A stretch of 30,214 nt of DNA, taken from a virus. Taxonomy: Duplodnaviria; Caudoviricetes. The position numbers and the translations under genes were made by a program. Location of the stretch: IMG/VR virus record IMGVR_UViG_3300016484_000158, positions 1-30,214 of that record; one strand, written 5' to 3'. Within the stretch, counting starts at the first letter, position 1, and each line of letters opens with the position of its first letter. The notes beneath the pieces are model-generated. The model had not been told where the DNA came from. It ran no database searches and worked only from the letters and a program-made list of their open reading frames with translations. Shown in pieces: positions 7,793-15,735 of this stretch.

Positions 7793-8689
7793 CTATTTAT
7801 TCGGATCGTATGCCCAGTTTTTCAATGAAATAGTGCGCTTACTTCCGCACTCGTTTCCGTTGCTATCGGTCAATAAGTCGCCTGCTGTATTTTCTCTCAT
7901 TCTGTTTATGAAGGCAATGGTCTTTCCTGCCCACTCAAAATGTTTATTCGTCCATTCGTCTTTATTTGTTGAAAGAAGTTCAAGATTGCGCTCAATAGGT
8001 GAACGGTCAAGTGAAGCCAACGTTGAACATTCCGTTTCTGCCCACGCTTTAAGGTCTGAATAAGTCATATTCACAGCGCTCATATAGTCGTCGTAGCGCA
8101 TTGCAATTTCTTCTGTAATGGCTAACTCTATTTCTTCGAGTAAAGTTGGTTCTTGGTTGCTCATATACATTTCTTTTTCTGCAAGGAAGTTGCCCTCGAT
8201 TGAAAATCCAAGTACCTCTTTGTTTTGAATCTGTTGCTTTACTTCTTCGTTTTCAACTTTCATACAACCGAACCAAGTGCCTTCTGGAAGTGAAAACCCG
8301 AAGTTCTTACTCTTATCATTTTCTCCTTCGATTATCCAAGTTTCAACCAAAGACACTCCGTCAACAACTTTCGCGTGTTCAACTGTTGCGTTGTTTTGGT
8401 TGTTGTGCTTTAAGTAATTGTAAGCAATGGCACGAATCGTTTCTTTCGAATACTTAACGTAATACTCCTCGTTAGTGTCTTCGTTGCGTCTGTAAATAAG
8501 TTGGTCGGGAATGAGCAAAGCGCCATACAAAAGACCTCTAAAATCTTCTTTGAACTTCACGTTGTGTTGTTCGCTTAATGCTACAAAGTCTACACCGATT
8601 GCAGGTTGTTCTACGACGCTAATTGCATAAACACCGAGTGTTCCTTCGTCGTCTATGCCGTACTCAATTACTTTAATTTTTTTGTTCAT
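7793..8689 (-). CDS. Prohead serine protease (XkdF/peptidase S78-like) fused to a DUF3140-like domain
   Basis: AISVVEQPAI, ALLIPD, ATVEH, LPEGTWF and GFSIEG; the C-terminus has VNMT..L..W and SLKNWAYDP. Confidence 0.8.
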   Translation of the reverse strand: MNKKIKVIEYGIDDEGTLGVYAISVVEQPAIGVDFVALSEQHNVKFKEDFRGLLYGALLIPDQLIYRRNEDTNEEYYVKYSKETIRAIAYNYLKHNNQNNATVEHAKVVDGVSLVETWIIEGENDKSKNFGFSLPEGTWFGCMKVENEEVKQQIQNKEVLGFSIEGNFLAEKEMYMSNQEPTLLEEIELAITEEIAMRYDDYMSAVNMTYSDLKAWAETECSTLASLDRSPIERNLELLSTNKDEWTNKHFEWAGKTIAFINRMRENTAGDLLTDSNGNECGSKRTISLKNWAYDPNK

Positions 8690-8700
8690 TGTTTTATTTT

Positions 8701-10746
8701 TTAGCCACCAAGACGCGCTTGATTATTTATTAATTGTTGTGCTTCTAAATTGCTGCTCACTTGACCGCTTACGACGTAGGCTTGTAGTGGCGGTTGTTGG
8801 TTAGGTTGATTTTGCAAGAAGGCGAAGTTAGCAGGTGAAGGTGCTTGTGTTCCACTTGCGCTACCGCCACCACCTGTTCCACCTGTTGCACCACTTGCAG
8901 CACTACCGCCCCCATTCATAAATTTAGAAACTGTTGTTCCTGCTATTGTTGCAATGGAAGTAGCAGCACGAATCTTTGCAGCTAACGCTTGCGCCGAAGC
9001 GACAGCCATACCCGCAGGACCAGCAGCAGCATTTGCCGCGTAATATCCTGCTATCTCGGCTTGTGTGTCTACAATTATTTTCGCTACCGCTAAACCTTTT
9101 TCAAGTGCAAAAGCAACGTCTGCCGCTTTTTTGTTCTTTGCGAATAATGTACCTAATAAATCAACCGATGCGGTAGCTAATCCCCAACGCGCTTCGTACA
9201 ATTGTTTTTCAGCTTCAATTTTTGCCTTTGCTAAATCTTCCTCTCTTTTCTTTGCTTCTTCTTTTGCTTTTTCGTCTTCGGCTTTTAACTTTTCATTTGA
9301 AGCTATTTGTTGTTCAAGTGCTAAATCATCATATTTAACATTGATAGCATTTTCTAAAAGACGATATTTTTCAACGATAAAAACTTTATCTTCTTCAGCA
9401 CCTTCCCAAGTTTGAAGTTCCTGTTCTTTCTTTAATTCTAATTCATAAAGTTCGTTGGCCTGTGCGCTTTGATTTGCACGAATGTAGTCTTGTCTTACTT
9501 TTAGTTTTTGCGCTGCAAGGTCTTGCTCTTGTTTTAATTCTTTTGCCGCCTTAACCGCGTTTGCTTCAAGTTCTTTTTGTCTTTCTGCTTCCTTTTTTTC
9601 CGCTTCTGTTTTAGCTGCGCTTGTTGCCGCTTTTGTTTTTTCGCGTATTGCTTTTACTTCCGTTTGAACATTAGCAAGAACCGCAGACGTTGCTTCTTGT
9701 TCAAGATATGCAATGCGCTGAATACTTTCTTCTAAATCAATTGCAGCCTTACCAACTCCCTCTGTTCCGTTCCACCAATCAGATAAGTTCTGATTCGCTT
9801 CTTTGAAATATGTTTGTTGGTTAAACTTTGCCGCTTCAACCGCAGCGTTAAATTCTTCTAAAGATAGCTTTCCTTTTTTAGCATTTAACTCTTGTTCTAA
9901 TGCTATCTTCTTTGCGTATTCCGCTTCGAGCAAAGACTTTGCAGCGTTTGCTTTTGCTTCCGCTTTAATGTTTGTAATTAACTTTTCTTTCGCTGCATTT
10001 AACGCTTCGGTGTCGTTAATATCTCCATTAAGATTTGAGAAGTACGCTGGGTACATTGTCTCTAAATCTTTCAATGCTTGTTGTCTTTCTTTCTCGGTTA
10101 AGTTGTTGTCTTTAACTCGTGCAGTAAGAATTTCAACTTGCGCTATTTTCTCTGCGCCTTTTGCAAGTTCTTGTTGTGTTGCTTTGTTTAAGTCATCTGT
10201 AACTCTTGCAAGGTTCTGTTGTTCAAGTGATGTTTGATTTGACCAAGCAGCAATTTCTTTCCAATTATAAGCAATAGCTGCTAATACACCAACAGCCAAA
10301 AAGAAAGGATTTGATACAACAGCAAGTCCTAAATCTTTTAATCCTTTTGCAAGACCGCCTACTTCAGTTTTTAATGTTTTAAAATCGATACGAGCAACAG
10401 CTGCACCCATTCCACTTAATGCTTGTCCTGCACCTTTCAAGTCCAAGTCCATTAAGCGAGAACCAAACAAAGAAACGTTATTCGAAAGACCTTCGAAAGC
10501 ATTACCCGCGTTTGCGCTAATCTCTGCGGAAAGGTCGCTTATATTGTCCTTCAATTCTGCAGCACGAGCGGACGCTTTCTTAAACTCCTCGCTCGATTGA
10601 TCCATTGTGAGCAACTGCTGTTGCAACGCTCTCAATTCAGCCTTCGCACTTGTGAATCCTTTTGCGGTGTTTTCTGCTGCGTCTGCGGTTTGGTTTAAAA
10701 CCGTTACCGCATTACTCGATATATTGAACTCTTTTGTCGTTGCCAT
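8701..10746 (-). CDS. Tail tape measure protein
   Basis: 681 aa, Ala/Lys/Glu-rich helical protein with hydrophobic patches and a C-terminal QAYVVSGQVS..Q motif. Confidence 0.85.
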   Translation of the reverse strand: MATTKEFNISSNAVTVLNQTADAAENTAKGFTSAKAELRALQQQLLTMDQSSEEFKKASARAAELKDNISDLSAEISANAGNAFEGLSNNVSLFGSRLMDLDLKGAGQALSGMGAAVARIDFKTLKTEVGGLAKGLKDLGLAVVSNPFFLAVGVLAAIAYNWKEIAAWSNQTSLEQQNLARVTDDLNKATQQELAKGAEKIAQVEILTARVKDNNLTEKERQQALKDLETMYPAYFSNLNGDINDTEALNAAKEKLITNIKAEAKANAAKSLLEAEYAKKIALEQELNAKKGKLSLEEFNAAVEAAKFNQQTYFKEANQNLSDWWNGTEGVGKAAIDLEESIQRIAYLEQEATSAVLANVQTEVKAIREKTKAATSAAKTEAEKKEAERQKELEANAVKAAKELKQEQDLAAQKLKVRQDYIRANQSAQANELYELELKKEQELQTWEGAEEDKVFIVEKYRLLENAINVKYDDLALEQQIASNEKLKAEDEKAKEEAKKREEDLAKAKIEAEKQLYEARWGLATASVDLLGTLFAKNKKAADVAFALEKGLAVAKIIVDTQAEIAGYYAANAAAGPAGMAVASAQALAAKIRAATSIATIAGTTVSKFMNGGGSAASGATGGTGGGGSASGTQAPSPANFAFLQNQPNQQPPLQAYVVSGQVSSNLEAQQLINNQARLGG

Positions 10747-10965
10747 TTAGAAGAAGATTGTATATAAGATAAATATCCAAAACGCCACGTTTACCGAAAT
10801 GCGAGTTACTTTCCACGCGTAGTATTTCCACATTTCTAACTTACGCTTTCCGTTAGCCATTTTACCACGTTCTCCGTCCGTCTTGATGTTCAACTTAATG
10901 AACTCTAAACACGCGACCATTTCGTGCGCTTTACTTTGTAGATGTCCCTTTGAAGTCGCTTCCAT
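10747..10965 (-). CDS. Small protein with C-terminal TM segment
   Basis: Abuts the tape measure start; ends ISVNVAFWIFILYTIFF. Confidence 0.6.
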   Translation of the reverse strand: MEATSKGHLQSKAHEMVACLEFIKLNIKTDGERGKMANGKRKLEMWKYYAWKVTRISVNVAFWIFILYTIFF

Positions 10966-13570
10966 TGCTTATAATTGTTATTGTATCCCCTAAACCTGTG
11001 AATGTTACACTTCCGCTACCTTCAACCGTTTCGCCTGTATACGCTTGAACTGTTACGTTATTCGATGCAGAACTTTTTTGAATAATAAATTCACGTCCTG
11101 CGGTCGTCGTTGCAGAAGGTAAATAGATAGTTATATTATTGCTCGTTGTGTCTGCGAAAATCATTCGGTCGAAGTTTGTTACAACGTAGTCAGTCGTTAT
11201 CGTCTTAACTGGCTGTGAAACACCTGCGCTAAATGTAACAGGCGCACCGAAGCGTGTCGGTGCTAACGAAGGCGCTTGTTGAGTAATGAAAGAACGCGTT
11301 CCGTTGTTTGGTATCGAGTAACAATTATTCTTTGCGCTGTTCCAATAGTAGCCAAAGCGACGACAGCAATCTTCAGTAACGGTTGCAGGATCTCCGTTCG
11401 GGGTTTCCCAATTCAACGTTTGGTTGAGGTTAGCCGAAACAGGAATAATATCGCAGTCGTTGTCTATGTCAAGTAAGCGAATCAATTTCACTTTCGTTAC
11501 GTCTTGTTCACCTACTACATAACCTTCGATGTCGAGAACTCTCCACCAACTATCCACTATCCAAATCTTGTCGCTCCATTGAAAAGTAAAGATATCGTTC
11601 AAAGTAAGAGCGAACATTCCTTCCATAATTCGCGCTTGTCCGTCGTATAATTCGCGGTAGTAATTGCGCCACCAACGATTATATAAATTGTCGTAAGGGT
11701 TTGCAATGATAGTATGCGGTGGTATTTCGGGAGCAAAGTTTAGGTCGCTATCAGTAACCGTTGCGTTCATTGTCGAATAGTTATTTAAACACTTAACCGC
11801 TGTAACAATTACGCTGTCAGAAACTTCGTCGTACATATTCACAAAGAAGTCAGCGAAGTAGTAAAGGATGCGCGGTTTAGGTTGTACGAATTGCCCTTCT
11901 GCGTTGATAAACTTCGGAACAACAACGTCTGTATTCTCAACAGGAGCGGAAGGTGTTGACGCAAAAGCTAACTCTACTTTTTCTTCGCCTGTTGCGAACT
12001 CGTTGATTACTTCGAAATCGTTCTCCGTTACTTCGTAGCGTCCGTAAATGCGTCCATTGTCTTTATAGACTGAATTAAAATAGTCTCCGTCTTCGCTATA
12101 TGTAAACGTGAACTTTGCCTTCTGCATATCAACTGTTGGATAATACGCAATGTCTTTAGATAGGTCAAGTTTCGAAGTCCAGTCCAAAGTATTTCCGCTT
12201 CCAATGTATTCAACAAGTGGTTCAATTCTTAAAGTGTTTGGAAGTGTGCGGTCGGGAACGAAGGCAAGGTTGAACATCTTTTGAATTGACGTAATGAAGT
12301 CTATTTGCTTCATATCTGGAGCGTTGAATTCCATTACGCAAGTGTCGCCTGTTAAATTTGTTCCAACGCTCACTAATTCAACACCTGTTCCAAATTGATT
12401 TACGCCACCATTTCCAAACAAATCAACATCCCAAGTAAATGAAGGCGCAGTTGAATTTTGTGGTAATATTTGCAACTTAAATTTAACCGTATCACCTCCG
12501 TTGAAAGAGTATGTTTGGGTTATATTCATATAAAACAAATAACTTGATTGAAGTAATTCGTATTGGTAAGTATAAACATCGTTAACATAAACAACAATGC
12601 GAACTGGATAAGTTCCAAAGTCTTGTCCGTTCAAAGTATTTACACGCCCATTTGCTGCAATGTTAAACGAATATTGTGCTGAATAAGGAACAGTAAAAAC
12701 ACCACTACTCCAGTTTGCACCTGCGTCTTCGTATTCTGTAAATTGAGTATATAAATTGTAAATGTTTGAACTTGGGCCAAATGTTAATCCGTTAACATCG
12801 GAAGCCAAAGCTAAATTTGCAGCGTTGTCATTTAGTCCAAGTGTTGAGTTCAAATATTGTCCGTTAACAAAAGGAACGTACACGTTTTCAAGACAACCGC
12901 TTAAATTGTTGCTTGTCCATTGTACCCCTGCATCTTGAAGTATTTGGTCGAATAGATACAATGCTTTAACCGCAGGCGTCAAGTGTCCAACATAAAGCGG
13001 TTTATAGTTTTCAAAAGTTGTATCTGAAGGTGAATAGATAGGTTGTCCTTCCGTGTTGTATGTCGTTAAATTAAACTTATCACATAGTGTTAAAATAGTG
13101 TGTTCGTTAGGTGGTGTTTCAACGTTAGCGTGTAGTAAGTCGTAATCCAAGTCTCCTGCAACAATCGATTCAATATCGCGAAGTTTCTTCTCGTTCAAAA
13201 GTCTTGCAAGGTTTGGAACTTCACCAAAGAACACAACCTCAAACTCAAACAACTTACCACTTTGCCAGTACAATTTTTTAACTTGAACGTGTCCTGTTGC
13301 AATGGGAATAGTGTTGACGGTTAGCGTCGCTTCAACCTTCTTTCTAAAATCAAACCAACCATTGAAGTTAACGTTAAAGATAGCACCGAAGAAATCGACA
13401 TTTGTTTTACTCGCAGGAATACGAAACTCACGCGAGTAATTCCCTACCGAACTGAAGTCTGTAAGGTCTGTGAACTTGTAGTTGAGGTGCATTTTCTCAT
13501 TCTCGTACAAGTCGATTGTCGCTGCGTTTCCGTCGTAGTCGGTAAGCGTTAGTATTACTTCGTTTATCAT
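10931..13570 (-). CDS. Tail hub / large minor tail protein
   Basis: 879 aa with IDLY, YSREFRIPASKTN, FITSIQKMFNL, DWTSKLD and LYNRWWRNY, plus a C-terminal fibre-type beta module (DTTSNNITIYLP). Confidence 0.75.
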   Translation of the reverse strand: MINEVILTLTDYDGNAATIDLYENEKMHLNYKFTDLTDFSSVGNYSREFRIPASKTNVDFFGAIFNVNFNGWFDFRKKVEATLTVNTIPIATGHVQVKKLYWQSGKLFEFEVVFFGEVPNLARLLNEKKLRDIESIVAGDLDYDLLHANVETPPNEHTILTLCDKFNLTTYNTEGQPIYSPSDTTFENYKPLYVGHLTPAVKALYLFDQILQDAGVQWTSNNLSGCLENVYVPFVNGQYLNSTLGLNDNAANLALASDVNGLTFGPSSNIYNLYTQFTEYEDAGANWSSGVFTVPYSAQYSFNIAANGRVNTLNGQDFGTYPVRIVVYVNDVYTYQYELLQSSYLFYMNITQTYSFNGGDTVKFKLQILPQNSTAPSFTWDVDLFGNGGVNQFGTGVELVSVGTNLTGDTCVMEFNAPDMKQIDFITSIQKMFNLAFVPDRTLPNTLRIEPLVEYIGSGNTLDWTSKLDLSKDIAYYPTVDMQKAKFTFTYSEDGDYFNSVYKDNGRIYGRYEVTENDFEVINEFATGEEKVELAFASTPSAPVENTDVVVPKFINAEGQFVQPKPRILYYFADFFVNMYDEVSDSVIVTAVKCLNNYSTMNATVTDSDLNFAPEIPPHTIIANPYDNLYNRWWRNYYRELYDGQARIMEGMFALTLNDIFTFQWSDKIWIVDSWWRVLDIEGYVVGEQDVTKVKLIRLLDIDNDCDIIPVSANLNQTLNWETPNGDPATVTEDCCRRFGYYWNSAKNNCYSIPNNGTRSFITQQAPSLAPTRFGAPVTFSAGVSQPVKTITTDYVVTNFDRMIFADTTSNNITIYLPSATTTAGREFIIQKSSASNNVTVQAYTGETVEGSGSVTFTGLGDTITIISNGSDFKGTSTK

Positions 13571-14805
13571 AAGCCGACAGGTTGAGAGTATTTCAAGTTC
13601 AAAGTAACGTTGTAAAGTTTAGAATATCTTTCGTCTTTGATAACAAAGTTTTGAGTATCTACAAGAACAGGCGTTTCGCTTCCGTCGTCGTTAATTATAA
13701 AAACGTCGTTTGAACGACACAAAGTCTGCAACAAGTTGAACTCTCCAACGCTTACCCAGTCGCTGTTTATTTGTAGTCCTTTCGTCGTTGTTACATATCT
13801 ATCAGTTATACCTCTGTCATAAGTGTTGAAACCGAACGTTGAACTGTTGTATGTTCCGATTACTTTTTGATATTGCTTACGATCGTAGTTATACGACAAT
13901 TCCGACTTCTTCGTGAAGTTAAAGTAATCAACGCCGCCGCAAGTGTTCGACCAACCCAGACGAACATTGTCAAAACGACAATCATCGTCGACAAGATAAA
14001 AACAATAAACCCTTGACATAGGCGTATAAATAGGGAAGGCAATTTCTTGCCCTGCTTGCACGGTGTAGTATTTGACATTGGTAAAGTCTGCGCCTTCGCT
14101 TATTAAGTTAGCAGGATAAGCACCCAAACGACAAACCGCGTTTAAGTCTGTTGCTAAAGGATAAATTGCGGTTTCAACTATCGTGTTGCTATTGTTGTAC
14201 GTTGTGACGTACAAATTGTCTGCTAAATTATCGACTAAAAGTCCGTTATTGTTTATTGAATATAACTGCCCAAAGTCCGCTAATCGCGTTGGTATGTACA
14301 CCCATTCATTTGACAAACCGCGCGAAGGTGCTTCTATCCATTTGTGCGTATCAACGTTTCTTTCACTCAACAAGTATTTGTCAGTCCCGTCTAACGCATA
14401 GCGCATGTTTGGGTTTGGTCTGTAACCGTCTGCAACTTGATATTCAGAAAGGAACGCGTAAACGTCGTCGATGTCAGCCATTCCGCTACCGCTTACGGTA
14501 AACACTCCGTCAATAAGCCAACCTTCTTTTATCGTGCAAGAAATGAACGCAACGCTGGTACTTTCTTTGTGAATTGATATTTCACTTGTCTTTCCTGCTT
14601 CGTGCTGTAATGATTCACGAAAGATAGGCGCAAGGTCTAAGATGCCCTTATTCGCAGCGTTAGGTTGTACGTTGACTTGGAATGAACCGAAGTCGAACAC
14701 AAAACGAAAGCCTGTATTCGCCACGTTCGTTGAAGATGCAACGATCATTAACCGCTGTCCGATAGGTGTGTATTCGTATGGTTGTTCGTCTATTGTAATT
14801 GCCAT
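13567..14805 (-). CDS. Minor tail protein (distal-tail-like)
   Basis: Acidic and beta-rich, with W.N..GGVDYFNF and INSDWV motifs; ATGA-coupled to the hub gene. Confidence 0.65.
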   Translation of the reverse strand: MAITIDEQPYEYTPIGQRLMIVASSTNVANTGFRFVFDFGSFQVNVQPNAANKGILDLAPIFRESLQHEAGKTSEISIHKESTSVAFISCTIKEGWLIDGVFTVSGSGMADIDDVYAFLSEYQVADGYRPNPNMRYALDGTDKYLLSERNVDTHKWIEAPSRGLSNEWVYIPTRLADFGQLYSINNNGLLVDNLADNLYVTTYNNSNTIVETAIYPLATDLNAVCRLGAYPANLISEGADFTNVKYYTVQAGQEIAFPIYTPMSRVYCFYLVDDDCRFDNVRLGWSNTCGGVDYFNFTKKSELSYNYDRKQYQKVIGTYNSSTFGFNTYDRGITDRYVTTTKGLQINSDWVSVGEFNLLQTLCRSNDVFIINDDGSETPVLVDTQNFVIKDERYSKLYNVTLNLKYSQPVGL

Positions 14806-14808
14806 ATT

Positions 14809-15348
14809 TTAAATGTCGTTTAATTGATTCTCTATTGTTGCTGAAAAGTCTTTTCCGTATGCTTCCACAATCTTCGCTTCGTATTCGTCCCAAATGTTCT
14901 CCATTGCGTAGTCGAACGCTTTCCAGCCCTTGATTCCGTCGCGTCCTATCTTGCGAGCAATTAAGAAGGCAACTTGTTTCTTGAGTGATTCAGTCGGCTT
15001 CTTGAACTTTCCTGTTTCCTTATCTCGCAACTTGATAGGTTTAATTCGCATCCAGTCTAAAATTGCGCTCACAGGTGGCGGTTTCGCTCCTGCTCTACGT
15101 CCATCTTCACGAGCGAGAAAATACTTCGACGCTTTCCCTTTCGCATAGACTGAAACGTTTATTTCGCTTCCCTTAATCTTCAACCTATACTTCAAAGACT
15201 TTTCAAGCGTACCACTTGCAACCGCGTTTGTAAAGTTGCGTCCAACCTTTCGCTTCATACGATAGTCGGACTGCATCAATTCAACGAAACGTTTAGCCAT
15301 TTCGTTGACCACAGCGAAGAAGTTGGGTGCGCTCTGTTCGTTAGCCAT
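14809..15348 (-). CDS. Neck / tail-completion protein (HK97 gp10-like)
   Basis: Basic protein with ASGTLEKSL, EDGR...PP..AI..W and AFLIARKI...GIK motifs. Confidence 0.7.
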   Translation of the reverse strand: MANEQSAPNFFAVVNEMAKRFVELMQSDYRMKRKVGRNFTNAVASGTLEKSLKYRLKIKGSEINVSVYAKGKASKYFLAREDGRRAGAKPPPVSAILDWMRIKPIKLRDKETGKFKKPTESLKKQVAFLIARKIGRDGIKGWKAFDYAMENIWDEYEAKIVEAYGKDFSATIENQLNDI

Positions 15349-15469
15349 TTTCCTTTTCGCTTTCCTCTTTTATCTTGTTGAAAAACTGAATTAATGGTAA
15401 GCCAAATTTGACAGGCATCTCTTGAATGAAAGCGTCAAGTTGCTTCAAATGTTCCTCTGTTAAGTTCAT
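15341..15469 (-). CDS. 42-aa fibre-associated small protein (missed by ORF track)
   Basis: MNLTEEHLKQLDAFIQEMPVKFGLPLIQFFNKIKEESEKENG; tightly packed between its neighbours. Confidence 0.7.
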   Translation of the reverse strand: MNLTEEHLKQLDAFIQEMPVKFGLPLIQFFNKIKEESEKENG

Positions 15470-15470
15470 A

Positions 15471-15725
15471 TTAGAAAGATAAAATTGTTACACCTATCGC
15501 GTTTGCTACGCATTGCTCAACCCAAGTGTTGTCGCTACCCCACGCTGCAAACTCCTCTTCAGTTAAAGTGTAGTTACCATTGCTTAGAACTGCGCCTTCT
15601 TCGGTCTTTAACTCGTAGTAAGTAGTGCAAGTTGTTGCGCTTGTTTCAAAGTTGAGAATGAGAACGCTCATTTCTGTTGCTGTTCCTGCATAGAGAGGAA
15701 AGGTTATTGGTTGTATTTTAGCCAT
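15471..15725 (-). CDS. Fibre-associated protein (possible fibre chaperone or tip)
   Basis: 84 aa, immediately after the fibre gene; GNYTLTEEEFAAWGSDN. Confidence 0.6.
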   Translation of the reverse strand: MAKIQPITFPLYAGTATEMSVLILNFETSATTCTTYYELKTEEGAVLSNGNYTLTEEEFAAWGSDNTWVEQCVANAIGVTILSF

Positions 15726-15735
15726 TGTAATTATA

